Shown here: piece after piece, positions 36,405 to 48,251 of the stretch | Layout: each line of letters starts with the position of its first letter | How positions within the stretch are numbered: the first letter of the stretch is position 1 | Origin: Basidiobolus meristosporus CBS 931.73 | Lineage: Eukaryota; Fungi; Basidiobolomycota | Length of the DNA: 64,000 nt | Assembly: GCA_002104905.1 (NCBI GenBank) | Contig: MCFE01000292.1 | Coordinates: 1 to 64,000, forward strand | Direction of reading: 5' to 3' | Translations under genes and position numbers: made by a program | Notes under the pieces: model-generated | The model's input: only the letters and a program-made list of their open reading frames with translations | The model's database searches: none | What the model was told of the DNA's origin: nothing

Positions 36405-37447
36405 GGGGATTGCGCTTGTCTAGAACACAGTTGGCCATGGCAGTATTTATAGTATGAGCAGTGACCCATACGCTACATTCACTGTATACTGTGGGGTGTT
36501 CACAATGCGGATTACAGATCCAATACCCGTATTTGATGTAGCTACTTCCCAAGCACAAGAGGGCTTGTAGTTTGGTGTGCAAACTTGCATTGATTCAATT
36601 TCTCATACCCACCAGATATCAAGCGTAACCAGGGTTTAGAATCGGCTATTTGTCTTGCAAGATCAAAAACTTAAATATTGCAGCAATCATCTCATTCGAA
36701 TCCAGACTTTTTACTCATAGCTAATGTGATCTAGATTGACTTGGACCAAGTAACTGGGCTGCTGCAATAATGTTATTGGTCAACTAAAATAGTAAGCTAG
36801 TACTTTGTTGCTAACATGACATAGAATTTGGCAATCCAAATGCTATTTATATGTTAATTAAGCTAGGACCTGTGAAACATATAGCGATTTAAGAGTATTC
36901 TTCTAATAGTATGATGTAGTCATGAATGTGGGATTTTCCAATCTATGTCCCCAAAATATGTTGGTTCTTAAGTGAGCAAATACTTGAATCACCTGAGAGG
37001 CGCACTAATCATATTGCTACGAGTTGTGCATTCCAGAAAGGTTGATAATGGCACAAGGATCCGAAGCCAAGATATTGTATGAAGTTGCAAGAATAGTGCT
37101 TAAAGCAACTTCTAAATACTTGGCCTAATTAATCCGATCTAGGTACATCCTGGAGTCATAATAAGAATGCGCATAATCTAATATGCATTATAACTTGTTT
37201 GCTATCAAAAGGTGGAACCCTCTTGAAATTTTATTTTCATATATCTTCGGGCCATGAGCCATGCCTAGATTACGTCCAAGAGAAAAACTAGATTAATTCA
37301 ATGGAAGTAAGGGTGAACCAATACAATATTTCGTAAATGGCACATTTCATGAAATGAATACTCCCAATGCAAAACTTGGTTGGTTGATAAAAAATATATA
37401 TATAGTGGACTGCCACCTGAGTAGTCTTCAGATACTCCAGTTGAAAC

Positions 37448-38227
37448 ATGCCTAAGGCCGGAATTTTTAAAGATGACAATCATTCATCCACTGTAATCAT
37501 TTGTGACATTGATACGGTGAATGTCGCCTCTGTAGGTCCCAAAACAGTTGCCAGCTCCAAACTGCATGGAATAAACGGCGGATTCTTTTACCGGGGAAAT
37601 CTACTGTCTATAGCTGCTAGCACTGGAGGAAAGAGCGTCCACAATGGAGGTGACAAAAATGCTAAAAAAAGGGGAACCATGGTTTGCTACAAATTTTCTA
37701 ATGGCAGCTTTGGTGTCGACGTGCCCGTAATCGGGTCATTGTCCGAATTTACAGTTCCTGAGAAAAGTACCATTGAATGGGCTGTTGGAGGATACAGTCT
37801 GCATCTTGAGTCCACTGACGCCTCAGACGCATTCATATCCAAACTTCAGAAGGATGAGCAAACAGATAATATATCAAATGTGTTCAAAGGTGGCTTTTCG
37901 CATCGCTCTGCCATTGGCTATAGAAGACAAGACGGGAAGATCGTGATGGCCAGCTTCTATTGTTCGTCGGTTCTTGAGGTTCGCAATGTGATGAAGAATG
38001 CTTACATGTGTGATATTGCTATCATGTTGGATGGTGGTGGCTCTTCCCAGATATCTGGAATTGCTATTGTCCCCGGTAGCAATAAGCAGAGCGTATACCA
38101 TGGAAACTACTCCAAGGGAAGCCGTGCAATATACTCTATGGTCACCGTCACTGCCAGCACCTGGGGAGATGTTAGCTTATTGGTCAATACCACCACCAAG
38201 AGTTACACTAAAAGTCGAACATGTTAA
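37448..38227 (+). CDS. Phosphodiester glycosidase P8, 259 aa
   Basis: Motifs HGINGGFF, RGTM, WAVGGYSLHL, SHRSAIG, AIMLDGGGSSQ and IYSMVTV. Confidence 0.85.
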   Translation: MPKAGIFKDDNHSSTVIICDIDTVNVASVGPKTVASSKLHGINGGFFYRGNLLSIAASTGGKSVHNGGDKNAKKRGTMVCYKFSNGSFGVDVPVIGSLSEFTVPEKSTIEWAVGGYSLHLESTDASDAFISKLQKDEQTDNISNVFKGGFSHRSAIGYRRQDGKIVMASFYCSSVLEVRNVMKNAYMCDIAIMLDGGGSSQISGIAIVPGSNKQSVYHGNYSKGSRAIYSMVTVTASTWGDVSLLVNTTTKSYTKSRTC

Positions 38228-39470
38228 CAGATTATTGTTCCAAAATCCATCAAATGTGACAACTGGATACATGCGAAGTTTTATCAAAATCACCACTGAG
38301 AGTAGGACCATGAGTCAAATATGCTGATTCCCATGTTCTTGAAACAGTATTATAAATAAATATTGTATTCTCCGTGTCCAGGTAACCCTTAGTGCCAAAG
38401 ACATGAATTTTGATTTGGCATTGTTACCCAATATTGCATGAAATTATTTCCAGTAATAACAATGGTATTATGTTGTTCATTTGTATATGTTGCATGTGGT
38501 GAAGGTGGTCCCCATATGCAAAGAACTCATGGTACCAAAGAGAAATAGTTGGTAGAATGCAGAATCGTTATTAATTTTTATATATATGGTAATATGCAAT
38601 GACTCACCTACTGGATGTACTATACTAATCCATGTTCACTTGGTCATGCCCAAATAGATGCGAATGTAAAGCGATATATCTAATCCAAGGCATTTCACTA
38701 CAGACAAGTACCGTTTCTATAACATGCCCGGTTGAGTTTTGCCACGCAGGCTTTCTTCATACCAGCAATGAGATGTTGCAAGTAGATTAAATCGAGAATA
38801 ACCATCAAATCAAACTATTTTTGGATGCATGACGTCCTTAGTCCCATGGTGGCCAAAAAAAATCAATGAATTTTACACCACCGGCCTAATACAATTTGGG
38901 CTAGACGTACTTCTATTCTCGGCTGAATTTATGCTGTGTTGCCTCCAACAGGCTTGAGGATCTGGTACCACTGGAAGAACCAGAAAGGGTTCAGTACGGC
39001 AAACAAACCTTTTCTGGTGAAGCCATTCAGATCTTGATTGATTACACTTCTGAGATGCGACCAGTTAAGTGAATCCAGAGAAATATTCACATCGCCTTAT
39101 TTCCAAATTTGGAACATTCTGATACCCATATCGCTCCTAAGAGGTTAAGGAACGTGATATAGCTTGACCTGCCTGGTTTGTTTCAAACCCGTCGAACGTA
39201 ATAAGGGTTGGATCTATATTATTCCTGCTAACTGCCGCCATTCTGATCACAAATCGCCAGCAATCTTGGCTCATTTATGTCGATAGATTTCATGATTGTA
39301 TACTTAGCTATCACTAAATTATTACCGTTACTCAACCCCAAAATAAGCTTAGAAGTATCGCTTGAATGGAAGATTCGGTAGAATATAACCGAAGAAATTT
39401 GGGTTGAATAGTGCCGTTATGAGATTGTATATAAAGTTAATCCATGATAAGGAGCATTCCGACTTCAGCG

Positions 39471-40353
39471 ATGTCCTGGTGTTTATATCTTCATCTACTA
39501 TTCATAGTCACTCATACCGTAAATGGCATAGATCACTTTCAACTGGAGGAAGATTCATTCGTATACAGCACTACTAGTCTTCAAAGTCATAAAGTAACCA
39601 CCGTGAAAAAGGGTAATACTGTGAAAGTACTTTGCCAGCTTGTGAGCAACGAAAATAACATCACCCAGTGAGTATCATGATTAATTAGTAATATGGAAAT
39701 GTTGGCTAATTAATGACAGGATTTGGAGCGAAGTACAATATGGCAGTGCGCAAGGCTATATTCAATACTCCCATATGCATAAAGTGCAGGAATGGATTCC
39801 GGGCGCTCCAAATTGCGCTTGTAGAGACCCCGGGATCCCGACGCTTGGTGAAACGAAATTAACAAGTGACGAAGCTTTCAGAATTTTAACTAACGCAAAA
39901 ATCAAGATCCCGAACATATGCATTTCAAATGGTGATAATTGTGTTTCATTACAAGGCTTACGAAACGAGACTACGCAAGGTTTAGTAAGTTTTGTTAAGT
40001 CTACAAAATGCGGTATATCGCTCATCGGAGGAACTGAAGTATCAACCAGTGAGCCCAAGTACTCTTACAACGATGGATTTAAGGTGGACATGGAATTAAA
40101 CCCGTGCCTTGAAAAATACCTCACTACCAATCTCACCTTTATTGGAAACCAACAGAATGGAGATCAAGATGCACTTTATGTTGCATGCAGTTCAAACCTA
40201 TTTGTTTTAAGGAAAGATCGAATAAGTGCCGCCTTTTATATTGACGGAGGAAAGAGCCCAAAACCACTTACTGCAAATGAATCTGCAGGCAGAGCAATGA
40301 CTATTATGACTATCTACCTTTTGATTTTTGTACTAGTATATACATGGCTATGA
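39471..40353 (+). CDS. Secreted SH3b-like + M15-like protein with GPI-like tail, S4 (276 aa, 2 exons; ORF opens at 39444)
   Basis: Exon 1 ends at 39667, intron 39668-39719 (GTGAGT..GACAG), exon 2 39720-40353. Motifs VKVLCQ..IWSEVQYG..WIPGAPNC; CVSLQGLR..GGTE..SYNDGFKVD; hydrophobic tail. Confidence 0.8.
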
Positions 40354-41112
40354 ATATACTGAACAAGGATAAAATCACCATGAAATGGGCAATACAGCAT
40401 CAGAACAGATGTTTCGGAACAATTTTTAACTAACATGGAGAATGGATTATTTGTTCATTTGCGTCCTGTTGATTGCATCATTAGGAGTTCCATTTTGTCA
40501 TTACACTGATTGTTACTGGGATAAATCGAGAGATTTTCCATGTGCCATATACCTGGTCTTCGATGAAATGTCAGTTGTACAGCATAGCGCTTCAATAACT
40601 CTTAGTGTGATTTAAATTCCAGTAGCTAGCTTCGATGCTATACCTCCACGTTTCTTCGAGGGTTAACGGTGTGGTAGAAGATTTGTTTAAGCAAGCATTG
40701 GTAATCAACTTTTCCATAAATAATCTACATAATACTCAAGTCTCCTTTATTTCTGATTTATTCAAAATGCATTTTAAAAGGCTATCAGTATTATATTGCA
40801 TATCGCATTCTATCGTCTATATCCGAGCGATGATACTTTTTGTTCATGCGATGAGCATTCGTTATGGACAATAGTTTGGAGTTCGATTTTACACTACTTG
40901 GTTGTTGGACCAAGATGCATAACCGATATAGTTGAGCCATGTGTTACTAAGAATATCGCACACGAATCCTAAAGCTGAAATCTTTGTTCTTTGTATTTAT
41001 GGTGGCGCTTAGTAATGGTCCAGTGATCAAGTGTTCGGACAAATTGGTTGAGTAAGATATGATAGCTTTATTAAAGTCAAAATCCGTGAAGTCATTTTCG
41101 CAAAAATCACCG

Positions 41113-41874
41113 TTACTTGCGAACATTGGTCGAGTTTACCCAGCGGGACGGGGTGACAGTTACCATCGAGTATATGCCTGGGCCTTGTTTAAGTTGAGTT
41201 ACGTTTCCGAAACCAGCGAGGACATCCTGACCTCCGGCAGTCTTTCCTTTGATCTGGGAGGAATTCGATCCATCAAGCATGACACCAATTTTACAGCCAA
41301 TGTATGTTTTCATTAGGCTTCTCACTTGGCCAGGAGTTGCCGACATTATGCTGACAAGAATAATTTTGTTGTCTGTGCTTCTGTACCCAATTGCTGTCCT
41401 TGCTGAAGTAGAATTGGCTCCCATGGCGCCAACGCGACCCGCATGTTCACTCGCAGTGATATCATCTAGCCACTCTTTATCGGTGTACGCCTTATCCAGA
41501 TGAAGACTCAAGCCGCCTACTGCCCATTGAATACTCTCCTTCTGGTAGCCATTAAGGTTGGATATCACATCAGTAGAGAGGAACAGATTCCCGCTGGAGC
41601 TTTTGGTGCATATCATGGTTCCCCTGCTGAAATCCCCGTAGTTATGAGCATCTCCGCCGTTTCTTACGGGCGCACCTCCAGCTTTGCAGACAATTGCCAC
41701 CAGGTCCTTGGTAGGCGAGTCCCGATTGAAGTAGCCTCCATTGCAGCCATAGTAGGATGAAGCGTAGACATTAGTGTTGCCCACATCAGCGACGTCAATG
41801 GTGGGGACATCAGCAACAATTGCTGTGACACTGATGCCTTGATAGGTAAATTGGTTGACTCGAGCTTCAGACAT
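41113..41874 (-). CDS. Phosphodiester glycosidase P9 (protein identical to P7)
   Basis: Part of a ~1.07 kb block present three times (about 35545-36610, 41000-42080 and 48140-49205). Confidence 0.85.
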   Translation of the reverse strand: MSEARVNQFTYQGISVTAIVADVPTIDVADVGNTNVYASSYYGCNGGYFNRDSPTKDLVAIVCKAGGAPVRNGGDAHNYGDFSRGTMICTKSSSGNLFLSTDVISNLNGYQKESIQWAVGGLSLHLDKAYTDKEWLDDITASEHAGRVGAMGANSTSARTAIGYRSTDNKIILVSIMSATPGQVRSLMKTYIGCKIGVMLDGSNSSQIKGKTAGGQDVLAGFGNVTQLKQGPGIYSMVTVTPSRWVNSTNVRK

Positions 41875-42829
41875 GGGGATTGCGCTTGTCTAGAACACAG
41901 TTGGCCATGGCAGTATTTATAGTATGAGCAGTGACCCATACGCTACATTCACTGTATACTGTGGGGTGTTCACAATGCGGATTACAGATCCAACACCCGT
42001 ATTTGATGTAGCTACTTCCCAAGCACAAGAGGGCTTGTAGTTTGGTGTGCAAACTTGCATTGATTCGCTTTCTCATAACCACAAGATATCAAGCGGGGTC
42101 AAAGCTGGGGATACGTTGTGTTACAGTGCCTCACAATACCTTCGGAATATGATGAATAATTCAAGCTATCTACTTTTGGGATGAACGTGGATTTTGAGTA
42201 CACATATCAAAACTTGGTGATGAATGATATACATAATGTGCAATTTAAGATACGATACTCAGCATTTGATACTGATTACAGCTATTTCCAGTTTTAACAT
42301 CCATATCTCTTTTGCAACCAGATATGTCATGCAATGAAATGCATTCTATGAGGAGTTACTAGTTTCATTAAATATGTACTAGTTCAATCTAATACAAAGG
42401 ACGAATCGTGGAGCATCCTATCAAGATTAGTACAGGAATTTATTTAAAATTGCTCACCAACTCCTCCAAGCTCTTTTGGCCAACCCAAGATCGGATTAGC
42501 TGATACATCCATCTGTAATTATTGCTAGGTGGATCAGAAGTACCACAGATATAATAGTGATGGAAAACATCCTTTCTGGTATTGCTATTCCGATCCTGCT
42601 AAACAGTGGTTTTGAGATATCACCGGATGAATCATAAGCACCAACTGTATCAAAATATTTTTACATGTAATGCATACTAGTTCTAATAGTACCTCACACA
42701 AGCCATGCAATTGGGAAATCAAAACCATGGCTGAGTCACAGATATCACTGTAATGCTTAACATGCTGTTCCGTGCGCCATAATTCAAAACTTCCCAATCC
42801 CAATTTTGGGAAGTGGTATGTTGTCAGTG

Positions 42830-44500
42830 TCGAGGATAACCTCCGCATCAGGTTATCTTCACAATGTTGAACATTCAAGCCCATTTGCCTCAAACAGGCT
42901 TAGGAATCTGGTACTACCTGGCCAAGCCGTCTTACAGCCAAACCTGTAGAGCGTGATCGGGGTGGGACTTCTACCATCTACTGTCTGTATTCATTCACTC
43001 AAGATCCAGGTTTGTATCATACAGTCTGGATTTGACACCCTTGTGACACATGGTTCGATTACTTGATGCTGCGATCGCTAGATCCTAGATGTTCGCGTAT
43101 GATGAGTTCTGGTTGAAATCATGGCACTAATGTGCACATTATTCCCTTTTCATTGATGCACTAGACTGCACTCCCTGCAAAACAGGAAAGCCAATCCTGC
43201 GAATACGTACAGATGGCGTTCTCACAAATGCTGAGTTAAGCTTATTTCGAAAGCAGTCACCTGCCTACCAGCATTGCCATGCCATTGAGAAGAGTAGATA
43301 TTTCAAGGTATGTTTATTTGGGTTACGTTTTCGAGCAAGTGTCGATTAGTCAATTGCACAACGAATCATGGCTTAGGGGCCGTTTGAAGAAGCCCACTCT
43401 GTGTGCCAGCTATACAATCCGATTTGACTCTCATTCTAGCATTATCGGAGTTGGCTTCCTTGGCGGTGGCTGATTTGCCGATCTCTCTGCCTCTTGCGTT
43501 GTTGAAGAGATCCATGGATGAGGCTGCTGCACTATTTTGCCCAAACACTTCGTGAGCATCACCGACTTCCTTTGCCTGAGACTCACCAATACTAATGGTC
43601 ATCAACGCACTCCAATAGCAGTGACGGAACGCATCAGCTTTACCATTTACGTCGGAACCGACTGGGAATGTTTTATCGTTTATCAATGCCTGGGTGGTGT
43701 CCAAAGCCGTACTGGTGTCACGGGCAACCGAAATGCAGTCGAAGATGCCAACTTGGATAGCGCAGTTCCATCCTTCAGCCCACGATTTTTTATGCAACGG
43801 AGCCGCTGACGCCCAAGGAAGGGTGATTAGTGCAAGAGCGCCGATTAGAGTGAATGACTTCATTGTGTTTACTGCCGGAAGTTAGAAGAAGGCTGTGTTA
43901 GTGAGGCTTTACTCCGTTCTTCGGTCCATTTATAGCTGATAGGCAGAAAAGAATTGTCAGACAGTATCAGGATCCTCTTTATTGGTGTTGGATCGCTTAT
44001 GTTGGGCCAATATGTTCTGTGAAACGATGGCATTTGCAATGCGAACTCTGATACCCCAGAGAGGGACCCTTTGTTGACTGAGCTGCATGTCGGGTGGTAG
44101 AATTCGGAAAACATATCAGAGCTGCCCTGCAAGCTGGTGGGAAGGTCTTTCGAAGTAGTCAATTACTAGATACTGAGTCATTGCTAGTATCCATACCTTA
44201 GTTTACCCCCTTGATGTATCACAATTATGGAGATTGGTGGCAACGACTGCGTTCATTGTAGAACATTCGAAGCCTTATTGTGATGTACCGAAAATAGATT
44301 GAAGATTGTGGTCATTCATACTCTTTATAGTCAGTGTGCACTATTTGTGAAGCATCCAATGAAGGCTTTACTTGAACCGTCATCCGAGGGGGCTTTCGTG
44401 ATCTGAGATTCGGCTCCAGCCATGACCTGTATTCTACTCAGCCCTTGTTTCTTAGCTTGAGAACTTTCAGGATATAGCAAGAAATACCGGAGATGCCAAG
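42830..44500. repeat. ~1.65 kb segmental duplication carrying the DUF6973-like gene (second copy about 51516-53165)
   Basis: Near-identical direct repeat starting at gtgtcgaggataacctccgc. Confidence 0.9.
43366..43863 (-). CDS. Small secreted DUF6973-like protein D1 (165 aa)
   Basis: Signal peptide, dibasic KK, then DAFRHCYWSALM..DAHE..MDLFNNARGREIG, which matches the DUF6973 motif pattern as I recall it. Four Cys. Confidence 0.75.
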   Translation of the reverse strand: MKSFTLIGALALITLPWASAAPLHKKSWAEGWNCAIQVGIFDCISVARDTSTALDTTQALINDKTFPVGSDVNGKADAFRHCYWSALMTISIGESQAKEVGDAHEVFGQNSAAASSMDLFNNARGREIGKSATAKEANSDNARMRVKSDCIAGTQSGLLQTAPKP

Positions 44501-45661
44501 CCGTGTGTTGTGCACTATCCATAACTTGCATAGTGCTTAACCGAGGTTTCATGAGAGTACGGTATATTTGTGCCTATGATAACAATACCAATTATCTCCT
44601 ATCACTGTAGCGTACAAGCATCTGGTAGCATTGTAGTTAGTAATCTAAAAGGCCATAACTTGTTTACCTAAATAAGGGCTTTTGCAATTGTAGTATCTTC
44701 CCGAATATAATATCAAGAAATGATTGTTAGCTGTGAAGATGAAATATTCACTGTATGTGTAGAGTTCTCCAGGATATTATTCACCCACTATGATGATAAC
44801 AATAAGTCTGTTTCTTTGAAATTTTGTACTTGTTACTAAATCTACATTACATAGAATAAAGGCTACCAGTTCAGCAACTCGAACTATTTTTGTTTCTTAA
44901 TTCAATAGCAGTTTCTTATAAACATGTTTCCAGCAACGGTTGAATAGTTACAGAGCTCAAAAAATACCCCGGACTGTGTTATCAGAACTGTAGTGCTATT
45001 AGCATTTGGTTTTTAAAACACTTTCAGTTTTGCTTTCCCCTATTAGCAATTACCGAGAAGGACCTATGAAAATACTGTCACGAAATTGGAAGTGTTGCTC
45101 ATCATTGCAATTAAAATTGCAACTTCCCTACCCAATATTGATTGGTATTTCTTTGATTTCTTTGATTCAAACTGTTGATATATCTCAAGTTTCAATTAAG
45201 CAAATTGCTAAATTATTAGCTTTTGACCGGAGATTTAGTTTGTAATATATTAGCTAATACTCTGAATTAGTGAAATCCTGGAGCTTATCAAATTGATCTG
45301 ACTTCGCAAAATGACTTCAAACCATGACGTTGTTTCCGGCAGATTTTTTTAAAACACTTGTATCGTTAGTCCACAAGCTCTCCTAAAAAAAGATATACAG
45401 CATCTAAGGACTCGGAGCATGTGTCGATCACCATTGGATGTGGTTTACCATAAAAGAATGATTTAAAGCTATCTCCTTGATAAATAAGCGTTGCAAAGTC
45501 ACGCGGGAAAATTCTCACCCAATCTAAAAGCCATCATAGTTGAGCCGAATTCCTATCAAATATTGTATCACGCATTCGTGATTCTAATCAGCTTAATTAG
45601 CACAATACTCAAGTCTTCTTTATTTCTGACATATTGCGAATAATTAACAAGTAGAGATTAG

Positions 45662-47911
45662 CCCAATCGGACCATTTGGTCCGATTGTATTTAAATTATT
45701 TTGACCTCATAGCAAGGATATATGAAGTCTAAATGAAGTTTATGAAATTTCTCTGGTATACACTTTGTGCTGGTATTTTAATTTTTTCAAAATGGTTGCA
45801 AATACTTTGTCTTATATTACCTTTACTGAAGCAACTTTTGGCAAATTTTAATCGGACCAAATGGTCTAACACTTCATTGATGAATAATGGGTATGGCTTT
45901 AAGCAATTATATTTCAAACATTTAATGGCCAATCCAACTAACTGCGAAGAATTATTGAGCATTATTTGTTTTTTCATATACCACCTTCAAGTGCCTGGTA
46001 TAGCAGTCCTTACACATTGGGTGGCCAGGGTTGCAACTGCATGAAAACTCAACCTTAGTGCTTGTAACATGAGCGGCAGTACAAGTTTTGCAAGCTAATC
46101 TACGGCGCTTTGAGCCATAACCTTTACTCATCGACAGGTAAGTGTGATTTTCATCACTTCTGAGTTGCCTCTGACTACCCAAGGGCCCCTTGATGTCTGA
46201 ACCGGCCAAATTCTTACAATATTGCAAGAAATTGTATGCTAAAATATCCTTGAAAGAGAAATGAGATACGCCACACTTTTGATAAGAAAATGTACAATAA
46301 GTGCTATAGGCATTGGCGTCACAGATACCCAGGATGAAGCCGTAGAAACGCATCTCCCATCTTTCTGTACATATAACATCATGATAAGATGTCAAATTAT
46401 CTTGAAGGTTATTAGCAGCATCAACCGAACCTACAAATATAGTAAATGGAGCACATGTTGTTTCTTCAAGACAGGATTCTACAATACAAGTTGCCAACAC
46501 TGGCAACAATATTGGTGGTGGGCATACCACATGGCCAGTAGCAGCGTTTAGTCACTTGCATAATGGAATACAGACCAAGTTCAGCCAGCATCATTGTCAT
46601 ATTTGGGGATCCGAACCAAGAGTCAGCAATAACGGTACGGCCAGTACCAAACCAAGGCTTGACTAATCGCTTGACAGTGGAAGTCAACTTGGACATACCA
46701 GGATCATTGTCATATTCCTTCTGTAACCAATCACTCACTGTATCTATTCTCAGGATACAAGCAGTGTGATGGTCTGCTAAAGTCTTGAACTCCTGTCCGA
46801 TGGGATGCGGCTTCCTTGGGACTTTCTTAACATTGGGCAAACCAGCTCCTAACCATTGATTCATTGATTCGTCAATGACTAAATACTTGCAGGGCTCTAA
46901 ACAAGTTTTCATGTGCTCATTAAAGGCGTCAATAGTTGATCTAATTTGATAAAGAGCATCGATTTCTTGATGTTCTCGGGAAGGGATTTCAAGAACGTGC
47001 ATTTTCAGAATCTCTTTAAATCTTCTATACGACATATATTCCGTAAAGTCAATGTTCATTAAGAAATGAGAAGAGCCTTGCTTCCAGTAAGCTTTTTTGT
47101 CGGAATGATTGATTAATGCAATCCACATCATGTACTCGGCAAATGTAATGTCAGTCCATGGGCCAATGCTAGTTGCATAAGTATTAATCCTCCAAACGAT
47201 AGTGCGAAAGTGATCTAAAGGAAGGAAGAACAAGAAATAATCCAGCGGTGAGGCATTTCTAGCATTTTTCATATTTAACCAAGCTTTCAAGGAGGTAAAA
47301 CCATCAGCTGGCCCACTTGTACGGGAATCAATATATACTTCCCCAGTTATCCAGGTGTCTGCTGCAGTAAGGTCAATTTCATCTTCCTCCTGCTCCTCTT
47401 CTTGGATTGCATCCTCCAATAGGTCTTTAGTAACAATACTCTCGGTAGTATTAGCAGTTGCAGGTTCAATGTTTCCCAAGGTATCATTACTGTTAGTCTT
47501 GATATACTTTAAACAGTTTTGTGAAAGAGTCAATGTAATCCCCGGTACCAGATCCAAAATGACATCATATTCCAAATTGCCGTTGACTGTTGAGCGTGCA
47601 GTGGTAACTCCCTTGAAGCTCAAACCAGGTGTATTCCAGTCAAAACGCAGAGATAAAAGTCGTTTGACTTCCTTATGTTTGATAAATCGCTTGGATACTG
47701 ATACACGCACATTAACATCAAGATGTTTACTGGCAGGAGGCATGGTTTAAGTCTTAAGAAAAGATAAAACGAATATGACGAATTATCAAAACAACTCCAA
47801 AAAATAAATATTCAGATTCTTGTTTATCAGAATATGATATGAAATAAACAAAGTAAGACACCCATCCAGAAAAAACAATTGTATTTAATTAGACCATTTG
47901 GTCCAATTTGG
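45662..47911 (-). mobile_element. piggyBac DNA transposon with a disrupted transposase
   Basis: ORF 46466-47743 carries VIDESM, RKPHPIG and IADSWF (D1, D2). ORF 45952-46530, in another frame, carries GSVDAANN (D3), RWEMRF..NAY and a C-terminal CxxC..CxC..CxxC..H domain. The ends match at 16/21 as inverted repeats, and the left end begins CCC after TTAG. Confidence 0.85.
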
Positions 47912-48251
47912 ACCAGCCGAATAGCACTCCTACATCTCATGTCGCATTCTATCATTAGTTTCTCGGCGATAATATTTCCTAGTCATGCATTGCGCATTCT
48001 ATACGGACAATACTTCGGCGTCTGGTTTCACACTACTTGGTTGTTGGACCAAGATGCATAACCGATATAGTTGGGCCATGTGTTACTAAGAATATCGCAC
48101 ACGAATCCTAAAGCTGAAATCTTTGTTCTTTGTATTTATGGTGGCGCTTAGTAATGGTCCAGTGATCAAGTGTTCCGACAAATGGGTTGAGTAAGATATG
48201 ATAGCTTTATTAAAGTCAAAATCCGTGAAGTCATTTTCGCAAAAATCACCG

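Noticed and set aside
43869-44162. 97 aa ORF upstream of D1, repeated at 52555-52848
   Set aside because: It has a non-ATG start, overlaps the D promoter and shows no motif. Its conservation is explained by the recent duplication.
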